The translations under genes and the position numbers were made by a program. From Nannocystis pusilla (lineage in GTDB: Bacteria > Myxococcota_A > Polyangia > Nannocystales > Nannocystaceae): DNA of 64,000 nt. Below the pieces are notes generated by a model. That model did not search any database. It had not been told where the DNA came from and saw only the letters and a list, made by a program, of their open reading frames with translations. Positions 32,589 to 44,337 of this stretch are shown here, piece after piece (position 1 is the first letter of the stretch; every line of letters begins with the position of its first letter). Location of the stretch: the NCBI RefSeq assembly GCF_049060185.1, contig NZ_JBMEQO010000002.1. One strand, written 5' to 3'.

Positions 32589-33797
32589 ATGCAAACCATG
32601 ATCGTGGCGGCTTCGACGTTTCTGGCCTCGTTACTCTCCATGGACGTCGGGCAGGCGGCCGAATCAGCGGGGTCCGGGCTCACTGCGGTCGAGTTGCTGG
32701 GAAAGCGGTTGTTCTTCGACGAGTCGCTGTCGATCGGGCGCAATCAGTCGTGCGCAGTCTGTCATGGCCGCGATGTCGGCTGGACCGGGCCCGTCGAGGA
32801 GATCGACGTCCACGGGGCAGTCTACGAGGGGTCGGTGCCGGGGCGATTCGGCCCGCGAAAGCCGCCCAGCAGCGCCTACGCGCCGTTCAGCCCGCCGCTC
32901 CATCGCACGCCCGAGGGGGAGTTCGTCGGGGGCAACTTCTGGGACGGCCGGGCGACTGGAGAGGAGCTCGGCACGCCGGCGGCCGACCAGGCGCAGGGGC
33001 CGTTCCTCAACCCGGTCGAGCAGGCGCTACCCGACGCGGCCGCGGTCGTGGCGCGGGCGTGCAGTCTTGAATCCGAGTATTGGCTGCTGCTGCGATTCGT
33101 GTGGGGCATCGTCGTGTGCGACGACGTGGACGCCGCATTCGCCGCGATCGCGCGGTCGATCGCCCGCTACGAGGCATCGCGCGAGATGAGCCCGTTCAGC
33201 TCGAAGTTCGACCTGTACCTCGCGGGAGAGGTCGCCCTCACCGACCAGGAGCGACGCGGCCTGTCGCTGTTCAAGGGCGAGGCGAAATGCAACAGTTGCC
33301 ACGCGATCGCCGGTCCGGACGATGGCGGGCCGCCGCTCTTCACCGATTTCACGTTCGCCAACATCGGTGCACCGCGTAATCCGGAGAACCCGTATTACAC
33401 TCAGCCTCCTGCCATCAATCCGCTCGGCGAGGCGTACGTCGATCTCGGCCTGGGCGGCTTCCTCGCCGCCCGCCCGGAATACGCCGAGTATGCCGCGGCC
33501 AACGAGGGCAAGCATCGAGTGCCGACCTTGCGCAACGTCGACCGCCGGCCGTGGCCCTCGTTCACGAAGGCGTACGGGCACAACGGGTACTTCAAGAGCC
33601 TGGAGGAGATGGTCCACTTCTACAACACGCGCGATGTCCTGCCCCCGTGTGGAGCGAACGATCCCGGCGAGAAAATCACGTGTTGGCCCGCGTCGGAGGT
33701 GCCGCGCAACCTCGACGCCGACGTCGGCGATCTCGGGCTCACGCCGGCCCAGGAGGCGGACATCGTCGCGTTCTTGCGCACGCTGACGGACCGGTGA
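32589..33797 (+). CDS. ccp: Di-haem cytochrome c peroxidase (CCP/MauG family).
   Basis: It has a signal peptide (MQTMIVAASTFLASLLS), two CxxCH motifs (CAVCHG and CNSCHA) and conserved family motifs (GGNFWDGRATG…, …PTLRNV…). The gene lies in a single frame. Confidence 0.85.
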   Translation: MQTMIVAASTFLASLLSMDVGQAAESAGSGLTAVELLGKRLFFDESLSIGRNQSCAVCHGRDVGWTGPVEEIDVHGAVYEGSVPGRFGPRKPPSSAYAPFSPPLHRTPEGEFVGGNFWDGRATGEELGTPAADQAQGPFLNPVEQALPDAAAVVARACSLESEYWLLLRFVWGIVVCDDVDAAFAAIARSIARYEASREMSPFSSKFDLYLAGEVALTDQERRGLSLFKGEAKCNSCHAIAGPDDGGPPLFTDFTFANIGAPRNPENPYYTQPPAINPLGEAYVDLGLGGFLAARPEYAEYAAANEGKHRVPTLRNVDRRPWPSFTKAYGHNGYFKSLEEMVHFYNTRDVLPPCGANDPGEKITCWPASEVPRNLDADVGDLGLTPAQEADIVAFLRTLTDR

Positions 33798-34407
33798 GCT
33801 CGCCCTGACCTCTTGCCTCGTGTCGTGACCGCTCACGGGCGCCACAGCCGACCCGATCGCGTGCATGCCGGGCATGTTGCCATCGGGGTCGGCGGCTCAG
33901 CACCTATCGCCGGTTGCTGAAAAACGCGCATCGGGGCCCGAGGGCGGCCGGACGCCTCGGGAAAGGGTCGCGTATTCTGGCTCTCTCGGAGCTGTTATGT
34001 CCCGAGAGACATGTCGTTTCCGGCAAGCGCAGACTTTTCAGCGACCTGATAGATCAGGCGCCTGGCCAGAGCGCATTCGCGCATCGCTATGCCGCGTCCG
34101 CGGCACTAGCCAAGAGCGCTCTCGTGCTGGCGTACCGGTCGTTTTCACCAGCGTCGACCCGCGGTGACCGATGGCCTCATGGATTGCCGGTCGTCGCCCG
34201 GGCCCCGAGGACCGCGGATACGACGGCTTCTATCGGATACGCATGCGTGGAGTTTGGCTCGCGCGATTCGCCGCGCTGTCGGGTGCTGTGTGCTATGGTG
34301 ATCTCGAGCGCTGGCTGGCACTGAGGAGGGCGGTAACTTCTGCCGGGAAGCCCTGGCGTCGCGCGCAGCGTCCGCTGCGCCGCGCATCCGGGGGCGGTAA
34401 TGTCCCA

Positions 34408-36459
34408 ATGATACACAGACGCTCATTCATCAAATACGTGGGGGGAACCGGCTTCATGTGCTACTTCGCCGGCCCGGGCGGGGTGCGCAGCGCCCTCGCG
34501 CAGCCGGTCCCGGGCGGGACCCTGGAGCCCACCACCATTCCGAAGTACCAGGTCCCGCTGCTCATTCCGCCGGTGATGCCGCGTGCGGGCAGGGTCGCGG
34601 CCAAGGGCGGCAAGACCATCGATTATTACGAGATTGCGGTGAGGCCATCGTCGCAGCAGATCTTGCCCCCGGGTTCCCGACCACGGCGGTATGGAGCTAC
34701 GGCCCCAGGGCAGTGCAGGGCAGGGGTCCTGCGATCTTCAACTCACCAGCCCTGACGATCGAGGCCGAATGGGGCCGGCCGGTGCGTGTGAAATGGATCA
34801 ACGAACTGGTGAGCGCCGACGGGGACTATCTCCCGCATCTGCTGCCGGTCGATCCGACGCTGCACTGGGCAAACCCTCCTGGCGGCGTCTCCGCCCGCGA
34901 CACGAGGCCGGGCTTCTCGTCGACCCCGGCTCGGTACACCGGCCCGATCCCGATCGTCACGCACCTCCACGGGGCCGTCGGGGTCGGTGACGAGAGCGAC
35001 GGCTACGCCGAGGCGTGGTTCCTCCCCGTCGCTGACGACATTCCCGCGGGTTACGCCACGGAAGGCACCTGGTACGATTTCTTCGCGGCGAAGGCGGAGG
35101 CCAAGTTCGGCGCCTCGTGGAGCCCGGGTTCTGCGACCTTCCAGTACCCCAACGAGGAACGCGCGTCGACCAAGTGGTATCACGACCATGTGCTAGGGTT
35201 GACCCGGCTCAACGTCTACGCGGGCCTCGCGGGCTTCTATCTCCTCCGCGGCGGCCCCGACGACGATGTGAGGGACAACCGCACTGGCAAGAAGGCCGCG
35301 CTCCGGGGCCGGCCCCTTCGCCCCACGACCCGCCCGACGCCACGTATTACGAGATCCCGATCGCCATCCAGGATCGCTCTTTCAATAGTGACGGCAGCCT
35401 GTTCTACCCCGACACTCGCGCCTTCTTCGACGGCATAACCGGGCCCTACATCCCCGAGAGCGATGTCTCGCCGATCTGGAACCCAGAGTTCTTCGGCAAC
35501 ACCATGATGGTGAACGGCAGCACCTGGCCGTTTCAGCTCGTCGAGCAGCGCCGCTACCGCCTGCGCCTCCTCAACGGCTGCCAGTCCCGGTTCCTGATCC
35601 TGGACTTCGGCAACATACCAGGCATCAAGGTGTGGCAGATCGGCAACGAGGGCGGGTTCCTCGCGGCGCCGGTGAATATCACCGACGATCACGGCGATCG
35701 GGTCATCCTCGGGCCGGCCGAGCGAGCGGACTGCATCGTCGACTTCGCCGACGTGCCGGCCGGGGAGCACCTGCTCCACAACATCGGGCCGGACGAACCC
35801 TTCGCCGGCGGGATACCAGGTGTGGACTTTCCGCCGGCCGACGCGGGCACGACGGGGCAAGTGCTGCAATCCGGGTCGTCCCGGCCCCGCGGCGCGACCC
35901 GACGACGCCGCCGGAGTTCCTCGAATTGCCGGCTCTCCCCGTCCTGCCGCCAGCGGCGGTGACGCGCAGGCTCGCGCTGCTCGAGGAGATGTCGGTGTTC
36001 TTTCCCGGCGCTCCGAGCGAGGCGTTGCTGGGCACGGTGGCCGGCGATCCCTCGATGGCGCCGGCGGAGTGGACCTCGCAGCACTGGGACGAGGCGGTCA
36101 CCGAGAACCCTGCCGTCGGGGCCACGGAGGTGTGGGAGTTCTACAACGCCACCGGCGACGCTCATCCGATGCATATCCACGAGCGCGTGTTCACGGTCGT
36201 CGACCGTCAGGCCATCCTCGTCGATGAGGCCGCCCAGACGGTGATGGTCGAGCCCGGCTCGTCGCCGACGCCGGCGGAGCCATGGGAGAGGGGCTTCAAG
36301 GACACGGTCATCGCATATCCGGGACAGGTGACGCGGGTGAAGATGACCTTCGGACAGCCCGGACAATTCGTATGGCACTGCCACATCGTCGAGCACGAGG
36401 ACAACGAGATGATGCGGCCGTACCGGATCGGTCCGCCGCAGCCCGGTGAGCCGACCTGA
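34408..36459 (+). CDS. Multicopper oxidase of the CotA/bilirubin-oxidase type with a Tat signal; at least three apparent frameshifts.
   Basis: It opens with a Tat motif (MIHRRSFIKYVGG) and shows copper-site motifs HLHG, WYHDH and HPMHIHE, plus the CotA-like C-terminus HCHIVEHEDNEMMRPY. The protein is spread over ORFs 34171.., 34458.., 35117.. and 35632..36459. Confidence 0.8.
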
Positions 36460-36877
36460 GTCCGGCCTCTTCCGCCAGGCTCGGCGCGCGGTGCTACGAT
36501 TCGAGGGCGCCGTTCGAGGGTCGTGGGGCCCGGCCGGCGGCCCCCGCCGTCACCCTCCGTCCGCCGAGGGGCGCGCCTCCTCCGATCCCGAAGTCGCCAG
36601 CGCTGGTGCCCGCTCGCCTCGGCTCGGCGTCCCTCGAAGTCGTGCGCCCACGATTCGATCCGCTCGGCCGCGATGCGGGCGACGCCCGTGGGCCGTTCGC
36701 CGACTCGGCCGGCGTGGCTCGCCCCGGCGAGATCGCACGACACTCCCGTCAGACCAGGACGCCGGTGGGCTCCAGCCTCGTCGCAGGGGCTTCACCGACC
36801 CGCGCTGCAAACGGCGTCCACGTCGCCTGCACGTGCTCTGGGCGGCTTGGCACGGCCCCTGCTAAGGCCCCATCCGC

Positions 36878-37984
36878 ATGACGACCACGACTCGCCTCCT
36901 CACCTTGTCCGCTCTCTTCCTCGCACTGCCGGCTTGTGATTCGAAGGTCGAGGGTCACCACGTGAACGACGGCGACTCCACGGCCGGCGAGGGCGAAAGC
37001 GAGGGCGCCGAAGAAGGCGAGGGCGACAGCGAGGGCGAGGTCAAGAGTGAGGACGAAGGCGAGCCCGAGCCCGAGCCCAAGGCGGACTTCGGCCGCGCGG
37101 GCGAGATCTGCGACCAGTCGCAGCTGTCTGGCGAGTGTCAGATCGGCGGCGTCGCTGGCCTCGAGTTCTGCGTGTGGTCGCTCGATCAGTACAACCACAT
37201 CTGGACCGCCTGTCTGACGGAGACGTGCGCCAAGGAGGGCGACTCGCGCGCCTGTGACGGCGGCACCCAGCACTGCGTCGCTTACGAGGCGACCCCCGAC
37301 TCCGGCGAGACGCGCTGGGGCGAGTGCGGCGAGGCCGACGAGTGCAAGCCGGGCGACAGTCAGTCGTGCGGCTTCGGCGAGGAAGAGTTCGACATCGACA
37401 TGGGCTGCATGGTCGACGAGGAGACCGGCCGCCACGTGTGGAACTGGGAGGACTGCAACACCCCGCTGGTGCTGAGCTTCGGCGACGCCATCGAGTTCGC
37501 ACCGACCTCCGCCTCGGCGGCCGACTTCGACATCCACGGCGGCGCCGGCAGCTGCGCCCGCGCCGACTGGCCGACCGCCGCCACCCCGTGGCTCGCGCTC
37601 GACCGCGACGGCAACGGCAGCATCGACGGCGGCCAGGAGTTGTTCGGCGCCGCCACCCGCCTGTCCTTCGGGTCGGGTGTGCACAACGGCTTCCAGGCCC
37701 TCGCCGAGCTCGACAGCGACCACGACGGCAAGATCACCGCCGCGGACGCGCGCTGGGGCGAGCTGATGCTGTGGGCCGACCACGACGCCGACCGCCGCTC
37801 GAGCGGCTGGGAGATGCTGCCGCTCGCTAGCTTCGAGATCGTCGAGATCGACCTCGGCTTCACCACGCGCCGCGAGTGCGACGCGCGCGGCAACTGCGGC
37901 CTCGAGCGCGCCAGCTTCGTCTACCGCACCGCCGGCCAGCAGCGCAGCGGCGAGGTCGTCGACGTGCGCGTCGCCTGCGAATGA
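36878..37984 (+). CDS. Secreted lipoprotein with an acidic linker, a Cys-rich region and two EF-hand-like calcium-binding loops.
   Basis: MTTTTRLLTLSALFLALPAC is a lipoprotein signal. An E/G-rich linker and multiple Cys follow, with DRDGNGSIDGGQE and DSDHDGKITAAD loops. The gene lies in a single frame. Confidence 0.7.
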   Translation: MTTTTRLLTLSALFLALPACDSKVEGHHVNDGDSTAGEGESEGAEEGEGDSEGEVKSEDEGEPEPEPKADFGRAGEICDQSQLSGECQIGGVAGLEFCVWSLDQYNHIWTACLTETCAKEGDSRACDGGTQHCVAYEATPDSGETRWGECGEADECKPGDSQSCGFGEEEFDIDMGCMVDEETGRHVWNWEDCNTPLVLSFGDAIEFAPTSASAADFDIHGGAGSCARADWPTAATPWLALDRDGNGSIDGGQELFGAATRLSFGSGVHNGFQALAELDSDHDGKITAADARWGELMLWADHDADRRSSGWEMLPLASFEIVEIDLGFTTRRECDARGNCGLERASFVYRTAGQQRSGEVVDVRVACE

Positions 37985-38094
37985 GAGGACATGCCCGCGG
38001 GCGGCTTTCTGGGCATCCCTCGGACCGGGCGCCGAGGGGGCGCACGACGAGTTCTGGCTGTGGGTGCTGCTCATCCGTCGCTGACGACGCGTCG

Positions 38095-38607
38095 TCAGCG
38101 GGTCGCGACCGCAGCAGAGGCTCCCTGGGACGAGCGTGAGCTCCTCGCGTCGAGCAGGCGGCGTAGACCGAGCCTCGTGGCGACTGCACCGCCTTTCCCA
38201 ATGGTCAGGAGCACGGGGGCTGCGAGACCGCCGGTGAGGGCGACCGCGCAGGCCGCGAGGAGTACGCCAGCCGAGGTCGATACGACGCGGGTTCCGGCCT
38301 CGACGGCCGCGTGGGCACACGCCTGCTCGCCGGTCATCTCGCCGCGCTGGTAGGCGAGCAAGCCCTTGACCGCGCCGACGGTGGCGTCGACGGCCAGCCC
38401 GACCGCACCGATCCGGATCGTGGCTCGCAGCAGATGGGACATTGCTGCCCGGGTCGTCGTCGCCCGGGCGGCGTCGCCGGTCCAATGACCGGCCCATTGC
38501 AGACCGATGGACGCCGCCGCGCGCGAGGGGACGGCCCTCGCGGCTACGCCGGTGGCGCCGGTGATTGCCATGACCATGGGGCGCTGATGACGGAGCATGT
38601 CGTCCAT
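38095..38607 (-). CDS. Hypothetical Ala-rich, possibly membrane-associated protein.
   Basis: The ORF from MDDMLRHQRPMVMAITGATGVAARAV… has GC3-rich codons on the minus strand. No family was recognised, so confidence is low. Confidence 0.35.
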   Translation of the reverse strand: MDDMLRHQRPMVMAITGATGVAARAVPSRAAASIGLQWAGHWTGDAARATTTRAAMSHLLRATIRIGAVGLAVDATVGAVKGLLAYQRGEMTGEQACAHAAVEAGTRVVSTSAGVLLAACAVALTGGLAAPVLLTIGKGGAVATRLGLRRLLDARSSRSSQGASAAVATR

Positions 38608-38979
38608 GGTCGTGAAATCTAGTGAGCCGCTGCGCGCGGGCTTGCGTCTCGGCGGGTGCGTCTGCGAGGCGGCTCGCGCGCTCGCTCGGGAAGCGTCGTC
38701 ACCGCCCGAGAGAAGGCGCGCCCGGGCCCACGACGAACGACCCTGTGCGGTGCGCAACTCTCATTCGAGGTACGCCGGTGTCCTCGACCCGACCGTGCCG
38801 CCGTACCGAAGCGTGAAACAAGGCGCCCCTGCGGCGGCGCAGCGCACATCCCGACAGTCGCCGCACGAGCCGAGCCGACGCGGGATCGGCTCGCCAGCGC
38901 TCGACACGTGGCGACGGAGCGCTCGTTCATCGCCACGGAGCAGCGTCGGCGCCGCGTTCCGCGAGCGCCCCGCGGCTGC

Positions 38980-40100
38980 TCACCCCGACGCCACCAGCAA
39001 CTGGCGCCCGAGCGCCTCCGGGCAGCGCCACACATCCGCCCCCGGCTCGTACGTACATACCGTCGTGCGCGCGCTCGATCGCGGCGCGGCCGGCGGCTGA
39101 TCGTCCGCCGCGATGTCCGTGAGCCGGCTGGTCTCGCGCACCTGCAGGTCCGCGTGCCCGTCGCCGTCGACATCGCGGGCCAGCCACACCGTCTCCGCCG
39201 TCGACTCGCTGCCCCCGACATCCTCCGCGCGCATCACGTGCCGACGCGTCGCCGAGAACTGCTCGTGCAGATCGGCCACCTCGAGGATGAACCCGACCTC
39301 ACCGCTCTCGTGGTCCATCGCCTGGTCGTGCTGCGGCCGCTCGACCGGCACGATCACAGTCAGCTCCGAGCGCCCGTCACCGTCGACGTCGTACACCTTG
39401 AACTTGTGGGGCACGTCGTCGACCCGCATCGACCCCTCGAACAGCCGCCTCCGCCCCAGCACCGCGCCGTCGCGCACGCGCGCGACCTCCCACGCGAACA
39501 CCTCGCGTCCCGCCGCCGACCACATCACGTACGGATCGGCGATCGCCCCCGCGAGGCACACGCTGAGCTCCCCGGTGTCGCTTCGCACGCGTCCACCTGC
39601 GCCTCCAACCCCGTCAGCGCCGCCTCGAGCCGCCCCGCTCGCCGCTCCTGTGCCTGCCACGCCCGCGCGCCGTACCAGCGCAGCAACACCAGCTCCTCGC
39701 GCCCGACCGCCCGTCGATCGACCACCTCGATCACCTCCGCGTCTTCGCCTGCGAGCACCCGACCCAGCGCCTCTAGCTCGACCGTCGACCCAGCGGGCGG
39801 AGCGACATCTTTCTGCGCCGCCTCGGCGACCTGCGAAGCGCCATCCTTACCCGCGACGACCTCCGTCCCGGGGTCGACATCCTTGCCCGCGACGACCTCC
39901 TCCGCCCCGACCGCCGCGCCATCCTTCGCCGCGACTACCGTGTCCGCGGCTCGATCCGCCGCGACCTCCACGGCCGGCCCAGCCACGACCTCGGCCCTCC
40001 CATCACTCGCTCTCCCACCCGTCCCCTCGCTGGCCGTACAGCCCATCGAACCACTCAGCGCGACGAACCACCCGAGCGCGCGTGGTCTCGAGATCGACAT
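38980..40100 (-). CDS. Hypothetical lipoprotein with DxDGDG (FG-GAP/calcium-binding-like) motifs, with a frameshift at about 39600.
   Basis: A lipoprotein signal (MSISRPRALGWFVALSGSMGCTAS) in ORF 39525..40100 continues into ORF 38980..39660 (…VYDVDGDGRSELTVIV…DVDGDGHADLQVRE…). Confidence 0.5.
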
Positions 40101-40810
40101 CCAACCCAGTCAGCCACGCTCTCCCCGCCGCGTCAACCAGTCCGCGCGCGCCCGCCCGCTCCGAAAAGACACCGGGTCACATCTCCGTTCAGGAGGCTGC
40201 TGCGACGAAATCGTGGATCGACTGCGCGCGCAGCAGGATCGCATGGCGGTGCAGCGCGACCGGGCTGCTGCCTGAGCTTGACTGCTTTGGCCACGGCCCG
40301 CTGTATGTGGCAGGCGACAGCCGGGCGCTCTTCCAGGCCGGCTGAGCCGCTGCGGCACGGACAGTGTCGCTATCGGCAAGTCGAAGGCTCCGCGGGACCA
40401 CGGGAAATGCCAGGCCGTGCAGCAAGCCGCACGCGTGCGTGGACGGCAGGACGTGACAGGAGATCTGGTTCCGCGAAAGAACGCACGTTCGGCTGGTAGG
40501 AATGAGCCGAGGGACATACGCCTGACGATGGCGCTCGCCGCGCTGTCGATCGCGTGCGGCCGTCAGCGCGCTCCGGAGCCGACGTCCCCGCTGCGCGCCG
40601 CGGTCGCGCCGGCGGGGACGCTGTGGTTGCTAGCGAACACACCTTACGACGAGGCGGTGGTTCATTCATCGAAGTGCGGGTCTCCCCGTGGCCCCAGGGC
40701 GGGGCGGAGCCGCCCCGGCCGCGCGAAATGCCATCACAGCAGGAACGCGGTTCGGGCCGGGACCGAGAGCAATGTCCATAGCCGCGCTCGCGCGGGCGAA
40801 GGATGAATGT

Positions 40811-42153
40811 ATGAACAGATTCACTCTCTCTCGACGAACGATGCTCAGAGGCGCAGCGGGCGTGTGCGTGGCGCTACCTTTCCTCGAAGCCATGGCGCGA
40901 CCCGGCGGCGTGGGCCCGCGGCCGCGAGCGGCCCATCCGCAGCGCTTTATCGTGTTCTATACGCCGAACGGCACGGTGATGAAGAATTGGCGGCCGTCGG
41001 GTGACGAGGACGCATTCGAGCTCTCGCCGATCTTGCAGCCGCTGGAGTCCTACAAGGAGGAACTCGTCATCGTCGACGGCGTCGACGCGCTGTCGGCCTA
41101 TCACGGGCCGGGAGACGCCCACCAGAAGGGGACGGGGCAGGCGCTGACCGGCACCCAGCTGCAAGAGGGCAATTTCAAGGGCAGCAGCGACTTCACTGCC
41201 GGGTGGGCCGACGGCATCTCGATCGATCAGAAGATCGCCGACGCGATCGCGGGCTCGACGAAGTTTCGCTCGCTCGAGTTCGGGGTCCGCATCAAGGGCG
41301 CCACGGTCAGCTCGCGGATCTCCTACCGCGGCCCGGCGCAGCCGCTCCCGCCCGAGGTCGATCCGGCGGCGGGTTTCGCCCGGATCTTCGGCGACCTGCA
41401 TCTGTCCGCCGACGAGCGCGCGCGCAAGATCGCCGAGCGCCGCAGGGTCCTCGACGCAGTCGCGGCGGACTACGAGCGGCTCCTGCCGAGGGTCGGGGCG
41501 GCCGACCGGATCAAGCTGGAGGCGCACCTCGAGGCGGTCCGCGACATCGAGGGACGGCTCGAGTCCGGGTACGACGAGAGTGGCGTGTGTGCGCCGCCCG
41601 AGTTCTCCGACGAGCCCGACCTGCAGACGCTGGCGAAGGTCCCGGCGCTCGGCAAGCTGCAGATGGATCTCCTCGCCATGGCGATCGCCTGCGACCTGAC
41701 CCGAGTGGCGTCGATCATGTGGGCGAACTCCTCGAACATCGACCCGTTCCCGTGGCTGTCGATCCACGAGGCGCACCACGAACTGTCTCACCGCGGGGAC
41801 AGCGACGACGACGCGCAGGAGAAGTTGACGAAGATTAACACCTGGTACGCGGAGCAGTTCGCCTATTTGCTCGCCAATTGAAAGCTATCCCCGAAGGCGA
41901 CGGCACGGTCCTCGACAACACGCTGGTGGTATGGGTCAACGAGCATCAGAAGGGCAATAACCACGATCGCAACGAGATGCCCTACGTCCTCGCCGGGAAG
42001 GCGGGCGGCGCGGTGAAGACGGGCCGCTGGCTGCGGGTCGACGGCGAGGTGCCGCACAACAACCTCTGGGTCGGCTGCATGCACGCGATGGGGATCGAGG
42101 AGATGAGCTTCGGCAACCCCAAGTACTGCACCGGCGCCCTGAGCCTGGCCTGA
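40811..42153 (+). CDS. DUF1552-family protein with a Tat-type signal, with a frameshift at about 41870 (A-homopolymer).
   Basis: MNRFTLSRRTMLRGAAGVCVALPFLEAMA… and the conserved DUF1552 body in ORF 40688..41881 continue in ORF 41878..42153 (…VWVNEHQKGNNHD…). Restoring one A in aat tga aag (to aaa ttg aaa) rejoins the frames. Confidence 0.8.
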
Positions 42154-42509
42154 GGCCGCGTGCGGCAGGACGCGCTGCGCCTCGACCCCCGGGCGATGGC
42201 CCGTGAGGGCAAGGAACCCAGCGCGCCGTCGTCCGGCGCGCCTGCGACCGGAGGCGTGTTGACCGTCCGCGGGGCGCAGGAGCGGGCACGGGCGCGGCCG
42301 CTGGTTGCACCACTGGGATTGACGTCCGCGGCTCTCGTACTTGCTCTCGCCGCCTGACCACCGCTACCGTGCCGGGGTGCCCTCGCGCGGAGCATCCGCC
42401 TCGCCGCCGCGCACCGCGACCGGTGCGCCCTGGTCGGCCTTCACGCGACGAGAACTTTCCTTTCGAACCTGTCGCTTCAGACAGCCTGCCTTCCATTCTC
42501 GAGCGAGCC

Positions 42510-43330
42510 ATGACCGACACGAACAACTACGCCCTCGCTGACGCCGCCCACGACGCCGAGCTCGCCCGCCTGCGGACCATCGAGGCCGACTGGGACGCCA
42601 AGACGCGGCGGCACCTCCAGGACCTCGGGGTCGGGCCCGGACAGCGCTGCCTCGAAGTCGGCGCCGGGGCCGGCGGCGTCGCCAGATGGCTCTCGGGACA
42701 GGTCGGCCCGGGCGGCAAGGTCGTCGCCACCGACATCGATCCGCGCTTCCTCGCCGACCTGAAGGCCGACAACCTCGAGGTGCGCCGGCACGACATCGCC
42801 GTCGACCCGCTCGAGACCGACAGCTACGACCTGGTCCATTGCCGCGTCCTTCTGATCCACATGCGCGACCCGGCGGCCGTCCTGCGGCGGATGTTCGCCG
42901 CCCTGCGGCCGGCGGAGCCTTCCTGTTCGAGGAGACCACCGGCCGCCCGGGCTCCGGCGTTCCCGGCTGGAGCGGCGCCGCGGCCTTCGACCGCGCCGAG
43001 GCGCGATACCTCGCCATGCTCGCGGCGATCGGCGTGCGGATGACCTTCGGCAACCACCTGCCGAGCCTGCTGCTCGGGCTCGGCGCGGTCGACGTCGGGG
43101 CCGAGGAGACCGCACACTTGCTGCGACCCGGCCCGCAGGTCGCCCTCAGGCTTGCGACCGTACGAGCCTTGCGCACCCACGCGGTCGCCTCCGGCTCGTT
43201 CACGGACGCCGAAATCGACGAGTACTGCGCCCTGCTCGCCGACCCCGACCTCGTCGCAGTCAACTCGCCCCTGCTCAGCGTGTGGGGCCGCCGCCCTGAT
43301 CGAGGCGGTAGCGTGACGCGCGGCGCTTGA
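42510..43330 (+). CDS. Class I SAM-dependent methyltransferase, with a frameshift at about 42920.
   Basis: SAM-binding motif I (LEVGAGAGGVARWL) and the post-I acidic residue (…VVATDIDPRF) are present. ORF 42369..43043 is joined to ORF 42686..43330 by a 1-nt shift (ccggcggagcc). Confidence 0.7.
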
Positions 43331-43509
43331 CCGCGACCTGCAGCGAACCGGGATGTCAGCCTGTGCAGGCGGGCGGGACCGAAAGGGCCTGCGCGGGCTT
43401 CCAGGCCCTCGCGTGCGTGGGTTCGGAGCGAGCGGCGGCCGGCCGGAGGTGAGGCGAGGTCGGTACGGCCGCGCGCCGACCATGGTCGATGGCGGGGCGA
43501 CGATGAGGC

Positions 43510-43578
43510 CGGGGTCATGACAGTTCGCTGCACAAAGTCCGCAGAATGTGCAATGGTGGCTTGCACAAAGTGGCCAAC
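43510..43578. promoter_or_regulatory. Two tandem palindromic operators, TTGCACAAAGT-N8-TGTGCAA, immediately upstream of and overlapping the TetR gene start.
   Basis: The sequence gctgcacaaagtccgcagaatgtgcaatggtggcttgcacaaagtggccaacgtgtgcaatgctg holds two copies of the inverted repeat TTGCACA…TGTGCAA, a classic TetR-type autoregulatory operator arrangement. Confidence 0.65.
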
Positions 43579-43599
43579 GTGTGCAATGCTGCGTCGACG

Positions 43600-44337
43600 G
43601 TGAACGGGCCCAGGGGCAACGGCGAGACGCGCGAGGCGATCCTCGACGCCACCGATCGGCTGCTGACGACCCGAGGGTTCCGCAGCGTGACGATGGACGA
43701 CATCGCGGGCGAGGCGGGGGTCAGCCGCCGGACGATCTACATGTACTTCCCGAGCAAGGAAGAGGTCGGGCTGTCGTCGATCGACCGGGTGGTGGCGCAG
43801 ACGTACGCGCGGCTGGTGGCGCTGGCCGACGGGGGCGGCGATCCGGCCGAGGTGCTGCGCGCGGTGCTGATCGAGCGGGTGCTGCGGCGGCTCGACAGCG
43901 TCAGCGCGTACCGCCAGAGCCTCGACGAGCTGTTCGAGGCGGTGCGGCCGGGGTACATGGCCCGAAGGACAGCCCACATGGAGCGCGAGGTGGCGCTGGT
44001 GACCGGGGTGCTGGCGGCCGGCGTGGCGTGCGGGCGGTTCGAGGTCGAGGACGCGGCGGCGACTGCGTCGACTCTGGTGAAGGCGACCAACGCGTTCCTG
44101 CCGTACAGCCTGAGCGTCGCCGAGCTCGGCGAGCGGGCGAAGGTCGAGGTCGAGGTCCGGCGCATGGCGGCGCTGCTGCTGAAGAGCGTGGTCGCGCCGG
44201 CGGCGGGCGCGGGCGCGCGGCGAAACGGCCGGCGCGAGCGAAGCCGGCGCGGGGCAAGCCGGCGCCGGCGCGAGTGCGGACGCGCGGCGCGAAGTGAAGA
44301 CAAAGAGGTGAGGCGAAGATGCGATTGTCGACAGTGA
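43600..44337 (+). CDS. TetR/AcrR-family transcriptional regulator; the start is probably a GTG near 43600 and the C-terminal end is uncertain.
   Basis: It has an N-terminal HTH (ETREAILDATDRLLTTRGFRSVTMDDIAGEAGVSRRTIYMYFPSKEEV) and a helical ligand-binding region. The ORF tail (…RRNGRRERSRR…) looks like read-through or frameshifted sequence. Confidence 0.75.
   Translation: MNGPRGNGETREAILDATDRLLTTRGFRSVTMDDIAGEAGVSRRTIYMYFPSKEEVGLSSIDRVVAQTYARLVALADGGGDPAEVLRAVLIERVLRRLDSVSAYRQSLDELFEAVRPGYMARRTAHMEREVALVTGVLAAGVACGRFEVEDAAATASTLVKATNAFLPYSLSVAELGERAKVEVEVRRMAALLLKSVVAPAAGAGARRNGRRERSRRGASRRRRECGRAARSEDKEVRRRCDCRQ

Noticed and set aside
40528-40700. Small ORF with a lipobox-like start (MALAALSIACG…) upstream of the DUF1552 gene.
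   Set aside because: It is short, has no conserved features, and lies in a region where all three frames are open. The evidence is insufficient to call.
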